A stretch of 64,000 bases of DNA from Pseudomonadota bacterium (GTDB taxonomy: Bacteria > Pseudomonadota > Gammaproteobacteria > Burkholderiales > Rhodocyclaceae): positions 1,309 to 65,308 of the forward strand of contig JBDLTT010000040.1 in the NCBI GenBank assembly GCA_039805725.1, written 5' to 3'. The position numbers and the translations under genes are program-made. The notes under the pieces are model-generated. The model did not search any database, had not been told where the DNA came from, and saw only the letters and a program-made list of their open reading frames with translations. Shown here in pieces: positions 25,836 through 35,535 of this stretch. How positions within the stretch are numbered: the first letter of the stretch is position 1; each line of letters opens with the position of its first letter.

Positions 25836-26240
25836 TTAGGGCGCTACCACCGGACGTCCTTCGGCCTTCCAGGCATTCATGCCGCCGCTGGCGTGATAGA
25901 TCGTGCCTTTCACAGATTGTGATTCCATATAATCGGCCACGGCCTTTGACCGACGGCCGCTACGGCACACCAGCACCACGGGCTCACCGGGCTTGGCCAA
26001 TTGTTGCTCCTGCTTCAACCAGCCCGCTTTATCAAAACCACCGCTAAACGAAAACGTCATGAGGCGCGCGCCCTTGATCACGCCCGTCTCTCGCCACTCT
26101 TCGGGTGTCCGTATGTCAATCACCGGCACGCCTTTGGCCTGTAAACGCGCCAGTTCAGCGTTATCAATGTCGATGATCTCGGCCTGCGCCACGATCGATA
26201 CGAGTAGTGATGCTGTGAGCAATAATTTAGTTATTCGCAT
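25836..26240 (-). CDS. Secreted rhodanese-domain protein (PspE-like sulfurtransferase)
   Basis: Signal peptide ending AQA, DIRTPEEW, CRSGRRS active loop, GGMNAW; AAGGAG RBS. Confidence 0.88.
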   Translation of the reverse strand: MRITKLLLTASLLVSIVAQAEIIDIDNAELARLQAKGVPVIDIRTPEEWRETGVIKGARLMTFSFSGGFDKAGWLKQEQQLAKPGEPVVLVCRSGRRSKAVADYMESQSVKGTIYHASGGMNAWKAEGRPVVAP

Positions 26241-26386
26241 TCGGGTGTCTCCTTATGTTTGGACCTACGAATCAGCCTGGCTGCTTTGCGCCGGTCAATC
26301 TCGACCCTGGGCCGATACAGACCTGACGCTAACGCCTTGGCTGCAGCATTCGGGCGTTTCTGGGGACGGCGGGCGCGTTTAGTCAT
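26231..26386 (-). CDS. Small basic protein, ArfA-like (alternative ribosome rescue factor candidate), 51 aa
   Basis: Hand translation MTKRARRPQKRPNAAAKALASGLYRPRVEIDRRKAARLIRRSKHKETPECE; fills the gap between co-oriented genes; below ORF-track cutoff. Confidence 0.6.
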   Translation of the reverse strand: MTKRARRPQKRPNAAAKALASGLYRPRVEIDRRKAARLIRRSKHKETPECE

Positions 26387-26446
26387 CGTCAGGCCAGTTT
26401 ACCCGCCCAAAGTCTCAGGCCAAAAATCTCTGGCACGGCGACCTCA

Positions 26447-27652
26447 TTAATTTCTGATGACGACCCGGCCGACCCAGAACGCGGCCAACACGTTGAAGCT
26501 GGCGGCCACCAAACCAACCCAGCCGTAACCGCTAATGAAGCCATCGGGTGTTTGCGTAATGAACACGCCGCCGATCATACTACCCAGCCCCATAGCCATG
26601 GATTGCACAGTGGCGTTGAGTGAAAGGAACGTGCCCCGCTCTTGCGGTTTGACTGCTGCACCCACAATGGCCAGCAAAGGCACCATGCGGCCAGACACTA
26701 GAATAAAGAAGAGCGTCGTGATGGCCAGCCAGGCGATGAGCGGGACCTGAGTCAGGTTGGTAACGAGGAGCACGGGAACGCAGGCGCCGATAGCGACGAT
26801 GCGGAACACAATGACTTTGCCGAGGCGATCGGCCAGTGCGCCAATGAGACGCGCGGTCACCAGCGTGGCGGCACCGCCGAGAAAATAGATCGCGGGAATT
26901 TGATCGCTGGCGATACCGACATTGGCAATGGTGTAGAGCGTGATGTACGGAATCACAGTGAACCCGCCGAGGATGACCAGACAGGTGAGTAGCATGGCGC
27001 GCAGATGATTTCGCTCGACCGCAACGCGCAGCATCTGGCGGATCGCCCGCTCTTCGCGCCGGGTGTCGAGATGCGCCCGGAAGTCTGGCAAGGCGCGATG
27101 ACCAAACCAGATGAGCCCGACGCTGATGAGGGTGATGAGTACGAACGGCGCTTGCCAGCCCAGGGCGTCGGCCAGCAGTAACGAGAGCGGCACACCGGCA
27201 ATGCTGGATACCGAGAACGCCGTGGCCACATAACCCGTGGCTTTTGCCCGCCGTTCAAAGGGAATGGCATCGGCCACCATGGTATGCACCAGTGCGCCCA
27301 TCATGCCGCCAAAGATACCGGCCAGACCGCGCGCAACAAGCAGGGTGAGAAAACCCGGTGACAGCGCACAGAGCAGCGTGGCCACGGCGAAGGCAACAAA
27401 GATGGCGAGCAAAAAACGCTTGCGTTCGAATCGATCGACGATGGGTGCGATAAGCAGGCCGGCGGCGGCCGCGCTGAAACTGTAACTGGCGACCAGCAAC
27501 GCGAATTCATGCGTCGTGATATTCAGCGCGCTGATGAGAAACGGCCCCAGCGGCATCATGATCATGAAGTCCAGCACATGGCAGAACTGAATGCCGGCCA
27601 GAATGAGCAGCATGGCGCGCTCCGCGTGCGCCAACTGCAGTCGTTGTGTCAT
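26447..27652 (-). CDS. MFS transporter
   Basis: About 12 TM; motif A-like DRFERK and GALADRLGK. Confidence 0.92.
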   Translation of the reverse strand: MTQRLQLAHAERAMLLILAGIQFCHVLDFMIMMPLGPFLISALNITTHEFALLVASYSFSAAAAGLLIAPIVDRFERKRFLLAIFVAFAVATLLCALSPGFLTLLVARGLAGIFGGMMGALVHTMVADAIPFERRAKATGYVATAFSVSSIAGVPLSLLLADALGWQAPFVLITLISVGLIWFGHRALPDFRAHLDTRREERAIRQMLRVAVERNHLRAMLLTCLVILGGFTVIPYITLYTIANVGIASDQIPAIYFLGGAATLVTARLIGALADRLGKVIVFRIVAIGACVPVLLVTNLTQVPLIAWLAITTLFFILVSGRMVPLLAIVGAAVKPQERGTFLSLNATVQSMAMGLGSMIGGVFITQTPDGFISGYGWVGLVAASFNVLAAFWVGRVVIRN

Positions 27653-27663
27653 GGGTTTGCCGA

Positions 27664-29052
27664 TCAGGCGCGACGCCAGACCGTGCCCTGCGGGGTATCT
27701 TCGAGGACGACGCCTGCGTCGAGCAAGTCTTTACGTACACGGTCGGCCGTGGCGAAATCTTTGGCTTTGCGGGCGTCGAGCCGTTCCTGAATTTTGGCTT
27801 CGATCTGCGCGGGGGTGAGGCCGTCGGCATCGGCACCCGTTGCACGTTGCAAGAACGCCTCCGGTGCGCGTTGCAGCAGACCCAGCACCCCGGCCAGGGC
27901 TTTGAGCTGGCCGGCAAGTTTGCTGCATTGATCACGATTCACCGCCTGCACCAGTTCGAACAATACGGCCATGGCTTCTGGCGTATTGAAGTCGTCGTTC
28001 ATGGCGGCGGCAAATTTCTGGCCATATGGACTTGTCCAATCGATGGCCGCATCTTCGGCCGGCACATTGCGCAAGGCGGTGTAGAGGCGTTCGAGTGCGT
28101 AGCCGGCATCATCGAGATGCGATGTCGAATAGTTCAGCGGGCTACGGTAGTGCGCCCGCAGAATAAAGAAACGGATGATCTCGGGGTCGTAGACTTTGAG
28201 CACGTCGCGGATCGTGAAGAAGTTGCCGAGCGACTTCGACATCTTTTCTTCAATGCCGTCTTTTTCCACACGGATAAATCCGTTGTGCATCCAGATGTTG
28301 GCAAAGGTGCCACCATGCGCGCCTTCGGACTGCGCAATTTCGTTCTCGTGGTGCGGGAACTGCAGATCGGCGCCGCCACCGTGAATGTCGAAATGGTCGC
28401 CGAGCAAGGCGCTGCTCATGGCCGAGCATTCGATATGCCAGCCCGGCCGGCCATCGCCCCAGGGCGATTCCCATGCCGGCTCTCCGGCTTTGGCGTGCTT
28501 CCACAGTACGAAGTCGAGTGGGTCTTCCTTGGCACCGGCCACAGCCACACGCTCACCGGCACGCAGATCGTCGAGCGATTTGCCAGAGAGCTTGCCGTAA
28601 CCGGGGAATTTGCGCACAGCGAAGTTGACGTCGCCGTCGCCGCCCTGATAGGCCAGGCCTTTGTCTTGCAGTGCGCCGATGAGGTCGAGCATTTCCGGCA
28701 CGTAGTCGGTTGCCCGCGGTTCCTTCGTCGGACGCAACACACCTAGCGCATCGCTGTCTTCGTGCATGGCGGCAATATAACGATCTGTCAGCTGCTGGAT
28801 CGTCTCGCCGCGTTCGTTGGCGCGATGGATGATCTTGTCGTCAATGTCGGTGATATTGCGCACGTAGTCGACCCGGTAGCCCTGCGCCATGAGCCAGCGG
28901 TACACCATGTCGAACACAACCATCACCCGGGCATGACCCAGGTGGCAAAAGTCGTAGACGGTCATGCCACACACGTACATGCGTACCTGCCCCGGATGGA
29001 TCGGCTTCAACGGGGTTTTTTCACGGGCAAGGGTGTTATAGATCGACAGCAT
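27664..29052 (-). CDS. cysS: Cysteine--tRNA ligase
   Basis: [27 protein letters not shown]. Confidence 0.98.
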   Translation of the reverse strand: MLSIYNTLAREKTPLKPIHPGQVRMYVCGMTVYDFCHLGHARVMVVFDMVYRWLMAQGYRVDYVRNITDIDDKIIHRANERGETIQQLTDRYIAAMHEDSDALGVLRPTKEPRATDYVPEMLDLIGALQDKGLAYQGGDGDVNFAVRKFPGYGKLSGKSLDDLRAGERVAVAGAKEDPLDFVLWKHAKAGEPAWESPWGDGRPGWHIECSAMSSALLGDHFDIHGGGADLQFPHHENEIAQSEGAHGGTFANIWMHNGFIRVEKDGIEEKMSKSLGNFFTIRDVLKVYDPEIIRFFILRAHYRSPLNYSTSHLDDAGYALERLYTALRNVPAEDAAIDWTSPYGQKFAAAMNDDFNTPEAMAVLFELVQAVNRDQCSKLAGQLKALAGVLGLLQRAPEAFLQRATGADADGLTPAQIEAKIQERLDARKAKDFATADRVRKDLLDAGVVLEDTPQGTVWRRA

Positions 29053-29134
29053 GGGGGCGTAACCAAGGGAAATGCGGATAAAATGCGTCTTTGAATATAG
29101 CACGACCCATGGCATTCCCTAGGAGAAACCTTTC

Positions 29135-29632
29135 ATGCAAACCGTCATCCTCAACACCAATTACGGCCCCATCACGCTGGAACTCGATAACGAACACGCC
29201 CCGGTGACGGTTGCCAATTTTCTGACATACGCCCGCGAAGGCCATTACGACAACACAATCTTCCATCGGGTCATTAATGGCTTCATGATCCAGGGCGGCG
29301 GTTTCGCGCCGGGCATGAAGCAAAAGGATACCCATGCACCAATTAAGAACGAAGCCAACAATGGCCTGAAGAACACCACCGGCACCATTGCCATGGCGCG
29401 GACGAACGACCCGCAATCGGCCTCGGCACAGTTCTTTATTAATGTCGCTGACAACGACTTTTTGAACTTCAAGAGCGAAACTCCGCAAGGCTGGGGCTAC
29501 GCCGTGTTCGGCAAGGTCTCGGACGGCATGGATACGGTCAACAAGATCAAGGCCGTGAAGACCGGCACCAGTGGTTTCCATCAAGACGTACCCAAGGAAG
29601 ACGTGATTATCCAGTCGGTCACCATTAAATGA
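29135..29632 (+). CDS. ppiB: Cyclophilin-type peptidyl-prolyl isomerase
   Basis: [30 protein letters not shown]; divergent from cysS. Confidence 0.95.
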   Translation: MQTVILNTNYGPITLELDNEHAPVTVANFLTYAREGHYDNTIFHRVINGFMIQGGGFAPGMKQKDTHAPIKNEANNGLKNTTGTIAMARTNDPQSASAQFFINVADNDFLNFKSETPQGWGYAVFGKVSDGMDTVNKIKAVKTGTSGFHQDVPKEDVIIQSVTIK

Positions 29633-30369
29633 TTTTTTTTGCGTCCGATGTACACCTCTCATCGGACACCCCGGCCATTACGGCGCGCTTCCTGAATTTT
29701 CTGGAACGCGCCCGCCGGGAGGCTTCGGCCGTTTATCTGCTGGGTGACATTTTTGAGGCCTGGGTCGGTGACGAAGATCTCAAGCGCCGCGCTTACCAAC
29801 CGGTATTCGCCACCCTACGGGAACTGACGCAAGGCGGCGTGGCCGTATTTTTTATGGCCGGCAACCGGGATTTTTTACTGAGCGATCAGGTGCTGGCCAA
29901 ACTGGGCATGCACCGCCTGACCGACCCCTATGTGCTGTCGCTGTCGAACTGGCAGTTTGTGCTGTCGCATGGGGATCTGTATTGCACCGACGATGTGGCC
30001 TACCAGCGCTATCGCGCTATGGTGCACGACCCGAAAACTCAGGCCAAGTTTCTGGGGTATCCGTACTGGGTGCGCCGACTCATGGCTCGCTGGCTGCGCT
30101 GGAAGAGCGAAGGACGTCGCTACGATGCCCAAACTCTGACCATGACTGATGTGTCCGAAACCACCGTCGAAGACGAAGCACGCCGTTACGGCTACGCCAC
30201 GCTGATCCACGGCCATACCCACCGCCCGGCGACCCATGACATCATCGTGGATGGCATTCACGTTGAACGTTGGGTGCTGGCCGATTGGTCTAGCGAACGG
30301 GGCGAATATCTGGCCTGGGATGAGCGTGCTGAGGCCGAAGACGCCCGACTCGCCCGCCACACCATTTAA
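29629..30369 (+). CDS. lpxH: UDP-2,3-diacylglucosamine diphosphatase
   Basis: [26 protein letters not shown]; ATGA-type overlap with ppiB. Confidence 0.95.
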   Translation: MIFFASDVHLSSDTPAITARFLNFLERARREASAVYLLGDIFEAWVGDEDLKRRAYQPVFATLRELTQGGVAVFFMAGNRDFLLSDQVLAKLGMHRLTDPYVLSLSNWQFVLSHGDLYCTDDVAYQRYRAMVHDPKTQAKFLGYPYWVRRLMARWLRWKSEGRRYDAQTLTMTDVSETTVEDEARRYGYATLIHGHTHRPATHDIIVDGIHVERWVLADWSSERGEYLAWDERAEAEDARLARHTI

Positions 30370-30404
30370 TATTGGTTTCATAAGCCGCCGTTAAGCTCTG
30401 TCGG

Positions 30405-30432
30405 CTTGAATATGAATTATCAGCTACCATAT
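30405..30432 (+). promoter_or_regulatory. Sigma-32-like promoter for yccA
   Basis: CTTGAA-N14-TACCATAT. Confidence 0.5.
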
Positions 30433-30487
30433 CGGTGCTGAGATGCTCCAATTTTTTTAGCACCCTGTTTTTATTGAGGAATTAGCC

Positions 30488-31183
30488 ATGGATATTCGCA
30501 CAACACCCTCTCTCGGCGGAATGACCATCAATGCCGCCCGCAATCAGGTATTGCGCAACACCTACTGGCTGCTCGCGCTGTCGCTGATCCCGACCGTCAT
30601 TGGCGCTATGGTCGGTATGGCCGCCAACGTGCCGATGCTGATGGCCGGTAGCCCGATCATGGGCGTGCTCCTGTTTTTCGGTGTCGCTTTCGCCTTTATG
30701 TGGGGCATCCAGCGCAATCGGAATAGCGCGACGGGTGTTTTCCTGCTGCTAGGCTTTACCTTCTTCATGGGCGTCATGCTGTCACAGATCCTGAGCGTCG
30801 CCCTGGGCATGACCAATGGTGGCGCGCTGATTGCGATGGCGGGTAGCGCCACGGCGGCAATTTTCTTCTCGCTGGCCATGTACACCAGCGTGAGCAAGCG
30901 TGACTTCAGCTTCATGGGTAACTTTCTGTTTGCCGGTCTGATTCTGCTGATCATTGCTTCGCTGGCCAATATTTTCCTGGCCATTCCGGCCATGGCGATC
31001 GCCATCTCGGCGATTGGCGCCCTACTCTTTACCGGCTACCTGTTGTATGACCTAAGCCGCATCGTCAATGGCGGTGAAACCAACTACATCACGGCCACCC
31101 TGGCGGTGTACCTGGATATCTACAACCTGTTCGTCAGCCTGTTGAACCTACTGATGATTTTTAACGGCAACGACCGCGACTAA
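30488..31183 (+). CDS. yccA: Bax inhibitor-1/YccA family membrane protein
   Basis: NQVLRNTYWLL, GGETNYITATLAVYLDIYNLF. Confidence 0.93.
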   Translation: MDIRTTPSLGGMTINAARNQVLRNTYWLLALSLIPTVIGAMVGMAANVPMLMAGSPIMGVLLFFGVAFAFMWGIQRNRNSATGVFLLLGFTFFMGVMLSQILSVALGMTNGGALIAMAGSATAAIFFSLAMYTSVSKRDFSFMGNFLFAGLILLIIASLANIFLAIPAMAIAISAIGALLFTGYLLYDLSRIVNGGETNYITATLAVYLDIYNLFVSLLNLLMIFNGNDRD

Positions 31184-31200
31184 GTTGCAATAGCCGCCGC

Positions 31201-31227
31201 AAAGGAGCCCGCTGCGGCTCCTTTTTT
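31201..31227 (+). terminator. Intrinsic terminator after yccA
   Basis: AAAGGAGCC-loop-GGCTCCTTTTTT. Confidence 0.8.
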
Positions 31228-31234
31228 CATTTAA

Positions 31235-31247
31235 AATCAATAAGTTG
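31235..31247 (+). promoter_or_regulatory. IHF consensus site
   Basis: AATCAATAAGTTG matches WATCAANNNNTTR within an AT-rich patch. Confidence 0.45.
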
Positions 31248-31348
31248 TAAATTTTTAGTCGAATCTGTCAACGCCACCCGCTCTTTACGCGTTATTTGCC
31301 CTACGCGGTCTGTAATTCGGGCCGATTACCGAACAGAGGTTTAGCAAA

Positions 31349-31639
31349 ATGGGCAAGAAAGCTTCAACAGAAATGGTCGTGCGCCAGCTGGAGCACTCGC
31401 TGCACATGACGTCGAAAGAAATCGAAGGCCTAGGTCGCAATTCCGCCGTGTGCGACTACGACTTGGGTTTACTGGATCAGCAGGGCGTGAAAAAGTGTCT
31501 GGCCGATTCGCTCAAGCTCTTTATCGAAGAGATCGCCCGGTTCAAAACCAAGAATGGTGCCGCTTACCGTCTGGCGCGTCAGATTTTCTCCGACGCGTAC
31601 TTGAACAGCGCCAACCTGATTGTGAAGGTTGCCGCCTAA
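31349..31639 (+). CDS. Hypothetical protein, 96 aa
   Basis: GAGG RBS, own terminator, occupies an intergenic gap. Confidence 0.8.
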   Translation: MGKKASTEMVVRQLEHSLHMTSKEIEGLGRNSAVCDYDLGLLDQQGVKKCLADSLKLFIEEIARFKTKNGAAYRLARQIFSDAYLNSANLIVKVAA

Positions 31640-31665
31640 GTTCCTAGGTCTCAGTCGCCCAACAT

Positions 31666-31691
31666 GCCCGGCAGCAAGCCGGGCTTTTTTT
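31666..31691 (+). terminator. Intrinsic terminator
   Basis: GCCCGGC-AGCAA-GCCGGGC-TTTTTTT. Confidence 0.85.
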
Positions 31692-31707
31692 GACAGCCCG
31701 GTGCGTC

Positions 31708-33063
31708 TTACAGACGACGAAAGACGGCGATCGACTCGACGTGCGCCGTATGCGGGAACATATTGGCAACTCCCGCGCCCTCGAGCGTATAGCCCTTGAC
31801 ATGGACCAGCACCCCGGCATCCCGCGCCAGCGTAGCCGGGTTGCAGGAAATGTAGACAATCGTATGCGGCGCGTCGCCGCGCGGCTGCTGGGCATCGGGC
31901 AGCGCTTTGACCAGCTCCAGCGCCCCTTCACGCGGTGGGTCGATCAGCATGCGGTCCAGCTTGCCTACTCGCTCCAGTACCGGCTGGCAATCCAGAAAGA
32001 GGTTGGCCGCCAAGAAGCTGGTCAAATGACCCAAGCTGTTCTTAGCGGCATTCTCAGCGGCCCGCTTCACGAGCGCCTCGCTCCCCTCCACGCCCACCAC
32101 CTCAGCACCGCTGCTGGCAATCGGCAGCGTAAAGTTACCTAAGCCACAGAACATATCGGCCACCCGTTCCCCCGGCTGTGCCGCCAGCAGGCGCATGGCC
32201 TTGGTCACCAGTGCATGATTCATCGCCGGATTGACCTGGGTAAATTCGGTGGGTGCAAAGTTCAGTGAAAGGCTAAAGTTCGGCAGATGGTAGGTCAGCA
32301 GCGGTCTATCCTGTGGATCCAGCGGGTGCACCGTTGCCGGTCCGCCCGGTTGCAGGAACCAACGTACGCCATGCCGCCTACCCAAAGCCGCCAAGTGGGC
32401 CTGGTCGGCCTCGGTCAGGGGCTCCAGGTGACGCAGCACCAACACGATATCGAGCACAGCGGGGTTGTCCGCGATTTCGCCTACGGCCATCTCGATTTGC
32501 GGCATTCGATCCGGCTGGCTCATGCCTTCGATGAGGTGGCGCAAGGGCACGAGCAGATCAGACATAGGCCTGGGCAAGATGCTGCACGAGGTCATGTCGG
32601 CGATATAGCTACTCCGGCGCTCATGGAACCCCACCAGCACGCCGCCCTTTTTAGGAACCAGACGCACGGACAGCCTTGCCCGATAGCGATAGTGCCAGGT
32701 CGGGCCCGAGATCGGGGCGTATACCGCCCCCGGCTTAACGTGACCGATATGCTGGAGATTATCTTCCAGAACCCGCTGTTTACTGGCGACCTGCATCAGC
32801 GGATCGGCATGTTGCAAGGAGCACCCCCCGCAAACGCCAAAGTGCGGGCAGCGGGGCATCACACGAGCTGAGGCCGCTTTATGGATCTCGGTGACCCGAG
32901 CCATTTCAAAATTAGGTTTACGCCGATAGCTGAGCCAGCTCACCCGTTCGCCGGGCAGCCCCCCTTCAACAAAAATCGTTTTACCTTCGGCGCGGGCGAT
33001 GCCCTGGCCGGCGTGGTCCAGAGACTCGATGATGCCCGTAGTTGCAACTGTATTTTTAGCCAT
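31708..33063 (-). CDS. rlmD: 23S rRNA m5U1939 methyltransferase RlmD
   Basis: CPHFGVCGGC, FTQVN, DMFCGLGNF, DPPR, YISCNPATLARD, MFPHTAHVE. Confidence 0.96.
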   Translation of the reverse strand: MAKNTVATTGIIESLDHAGQGIARAEGKTIFVEGGLPGERVSWLSYRRKPNFEMARVTEIHKAASARVMPRCPHFGVCGGCSLQHADPLMQVASKQRVLEDNLQHIGHVKPGAVYAPISGPTWHYRYRARLSVRLVPKKGGVLVGFHERRSSYIADMTSCSILPRPMSDLLVPLRHLIEGMSQPDRMPQIEMAVGEIADNPAVLDIVLVLRHLEPLTEADQAHLAALGRRHGVRWFLQPGGPATVHPLDPQDRPLLTYHLPNFSLSLNFAPTEFTQVNPAMNHALVTKAMRLLAAQPGERVADMFCGLGNFTLPIASSGAEVVGVEGSEALVKRAAENAAKNSLGHLTSFLAANLFLDCQPVLERVGKLDRMLIDPPREGALELVKALPDAQQPRGDAPHTIVYISCNPATLARDAGVLVHVKGYTLEGAGVANMFPHTAHVESIAVFRRL

Positions 33064-33286
33064 TGACCGTTCCTGCTGCAAACGTACCGCGCTTCCCGCG
33101 CATGAAAGCTGCCGGCAAAACCAGCCGGCAAGGCGGCAAATTGTACTGGATCCGCCGCCAGTTTTGCCCCTGTTGACCAATGCCAAAATGTGTATAATTT
33201 AACCAGACTGCATGTGTAGTCATGTCCTGTTCGGGACGCTGTTTCGGGCAGGAAATTCTTCAACGACCTTTATCTAAGGGAAGAAA

Positions 33287-33490
33287 ATGAAACAATCGCT
33301 CCTCGTCGCTGCTCTGCTCGCTCTCGCCGTTACCGCCTGTGGCAAAAAAGAAGCCCCGGCTGCTGCACCGGCCGCTCCGGCTGCTGCCCCGGCTCCTGCT
33401 GCTGCCGCTCCGGCCGCTCCTGCTGCTGCCCCGGCTGCCCCGGCTGCCCCGGCTGCCCCGGCTGCCGCTCCGGCTCCGGCTGCCAAGTAA
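33287..33490 (+). CDS. Small Ala/Pro-repeat lipoprotein
   Basis: Lipobox VTAC; mature chain almost all A/P; TATAAT at 33193 upstream; terminator downstream. Confidence 0.85.
   Translation: MKQSLLVAALLALAVTACGKKEAPAAAPAAPAAAPAPAAAAPAAPAAAPAAPAAPAAPAAAPAPAAK
33352..33484 (+). repeat. Imperfect 9-12 nt tandem repeats (CCGGCTGCC-type) encoding PAA/PAAA
   Basis: ccggctgccccggctgccccggctgccccggctgcc and variants. Confidence 0.85.
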
Positions 33491-33526
33491 TCGCTTTCGC
33501 GATCTTGGAACCGCTTCGGCGGTTGC

Positions 33527-33557
33527 AAAAAGAAACCGGCCCTCGGGCCGGTTTTTT
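33527..33557. terminator. Bidirectional intrinsic terminator
   Basis: AAAAAGAAACCGGCC-CTCG-GGCCGGTTTTTT between convergent genes. Confidence 0.85.
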
Positions 33558-33580
33558 CATGCCTGCGATTCTGGACGGAA

Positions 33581-34363
33581 TTAGGCATGTAACTCCAGCC
33601 AATCGAATCCATCTTCCTGGCTGGCGACATAAAATCGCGACGGAATATCGGAGAGCACCTCGCGAATTGCGGCCAACACATGCGCCTCGGTATTGTTGGA
33701 CTGCGACAGGTGCGCGGCAACCACGTGCTGCAATCGATCCAAATTGAGTCGACCGAGCAAGCCGGCGGCGTCCCGGTTACATAAATGGCCATAGCGGCCG
33801 GCAATGCGTTGCTTCAGGCTATCCGGATAGGACGATGCGGCCAGTAAATCCGGGTCATGGTTGAACTCGAGAACCAGTCCGTCGCAATCCTGCAACGAAC
33901 GTTCGACGTGCGGCGTGAGCATCCCCAGGTCGGTCAGAACGCCCAACCGCAGGGTCTCATACACGACAACGTACTGAACGGGTTCCCGCGCATCATGCGG
34001 GACCGGAAACGGCTGAACCTCGACACACCCCAACTCAAAGGGCGCATGGCTATCAATAATACGCAGGGCAACGCCGTTACAGGCATCAAGCGACCGCATA
34101 TGTACTGCGGCGTGGGTCCCTCGGGTAAGACAAACGGTGGCGCCCGTTTTGCGGGCAAGCGCCATCACGCCGCCAATGTGGTCGCCATGTTCATGGGTCA
34201 CGAGAATGGCGTCCAGCCCCATAGGGTCGACGCCGCGAGCTTCGATTCTGGACAGCGCCTGCCGCACCGGCAAACCACAATCGATCAGGAGGCGGGTTGA
34301 TCCCGCCTCAATCAGCAGTGCATTACCCTCGCTCCCGCTGCCGAGGGAGGTGAACCGAATCAC
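33581..34363 (-). CDS. MBL-fold metallo-hydrolase (YycJ/PhnP-like)
   Basis: LGSGSEGN, THEHGDH, PHDA, TDLG, HLS. Confidence 0.92.
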   Translation of the reverse strand: MIRFTSLGSGSEGNALLIEAGSTRLLIDCGLPVRQALSRIEARGVDPMGLDAILVTHEHGDHIGGVMALARKTGATVCLTRGTHAAVHMRSLDACNGVALRIIDSHAPFELGCVEVQPFPVPHDAREPVQYVVVYETLRLGVLTDLGMLTPHVERSLQDCDGLVLEFNHDPDLLAASSYPDSLKQRIAGRYGHLCNRDAAGLLGRLNLDRLQHVVAAHLSQSNNTEAHVLAAIREVLSDIPSRFYVASQEDGFDWLELHA

Positions 34364-35535
34364 CGCAACTGCTGCAGCAACAGATCCAGAATCTGGCGGG
34401 CAATCGGTGACACATCGGCCTGCCCCGTATCACCCGGTGCCAGAACGATCACGTTGGTAGGGCCACCCGCTTTTTGTTCTGCCACGCTGATACGGTACTG
34501 AACCTTGGTCGGCACCTTGTCATCCTTGCTGCGCCAGAAAGCCAGGCTGGCCCAGAAGCCGCCTTCGCCTTTTTCCTGAACCGACTTGTCGTCGGAGTCC
34601 ACGTAACGGACGTAGTACAAGCCCAAGTTCCGTTCGCGATCTTCCACCGTAAAGCCGACACGATCGAGCGCCAGACCGACCCGACGCCAGCTACGGTCAA
34701 AGGAGTCATCGACGACCAGCATCGCGCCACCGTTCGGCGACTGCACCATACGCGCTTTATCCAGCGCCTTCGCGGTCGTTGCGCCATCACCCTTCTTGGC
34801 CAATTCTTTAGCCTCGGGCTCACTGACACCGTCAAACTTGAACATCAGGCGACGCAGCATCTCGGCTTCCAGAGTCGGATCGGCATCGCGTGGCTGCCAA
34901 CGTGTCTCGCTCTTGCCTTCGGTGACATAGACTTCGACCATGCCGCGGTGGCTGATGAAAATATCGGTGGTACCGGCCTGCGGTCCTTTTTCCAGACGGG
35001 TGCGGTACATATCGCGTTCGGGTGTGGAATAGAGCGTACCGAGCACTTTGCCGAGGAAGCCCTGTATAGCCCCCGCGGGCACATTGGCCCGGTTTTCCGC
35101 CCAGTCGGTTTCCATGATGCCAGTCTGCGGATTTTCTTTTTTCAGGACAAAACCGTTTTCCTGCCAGAACGCTTTGGTGACATTCCAGGCCTTATCTTCA
35201 GGTACCGTGACGACCAGCCATCGATGGTTGCCTTGACGTTCGATGCGGGCAATACCGCGCGAGCCATCGGGCAAGACGCTCTCGTCAGCCTTCTGCGACT
35301 GCGCAGCCTTGTTCTTGGCGTTGACCTGCGAATAGACCGCAACGCCCGATGATGGCACATTGGGCGCGGTGTATTGTGTGGTATTGCTGGGGCGTGTCAG
35401 ATCCGGCGGGATATCCAGCGGCGGCGCCTTGGCGGCGGTGCCGTAATCGATTTTTTTGGATTCAGGCAGGTACGCACAGCCCACGGCCAGAGCGGCCAGC
35501 ATCAGGGTGCCGACACGGGACAGCTTATTCATCAA
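34360..35535 (-). CDS. bamC: Outer membrane protein assembly lipoprotein BamC
   Basis: Lipobox AVGC, LDIPPDLT, METDWAENRA; downstream of dapA. Confidence 0.9.
   Translation of the reverse strand: MMNKLSRVGTLMLAALAVGCAYLPESKKIDYGTAAKAPPLDIPPDLTRPSNTTQYTAPNVPSSGVAVYSQVNAKNKAAQSQKADESVLPDGSRGIARIERQGNHRWLVVTVPEDKAWNVTKAFWQENGFVLKKENPQTGIMETDWAENRANVPAGAIQGFLGKVLGTLYSTPERDMYRTRLEKGPQAGTTDIFISHRGMVEVYVTEGKSETRWQPRDADPTLEAEMLRRLMFKFDGVSEPEAKELAKKGDGATTAKALDKARMVQSPNGGAMLVVDDSFDRSWRRVGLALDRVGFTVEDRERNLGLYYVRYVDSDDKSVQEKGEGGFWASLAFWRSKDDKVPTKVQYRISVAEQKAGGPTNVIVLAPGDTGQADVSPIARQILDLLLQQLR

Noticed and set aside
30434-30464. GTGCT...TTAGCAC resembling CIRCE
   Set aside because: Half-sites are in the wrong order and spacing; better explained as an RNA hairpin.
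33352-33484. Repeat tract as a CRISPR array
   Set aside because: Short contiguous coding repeats with no spacers and no cas genes.
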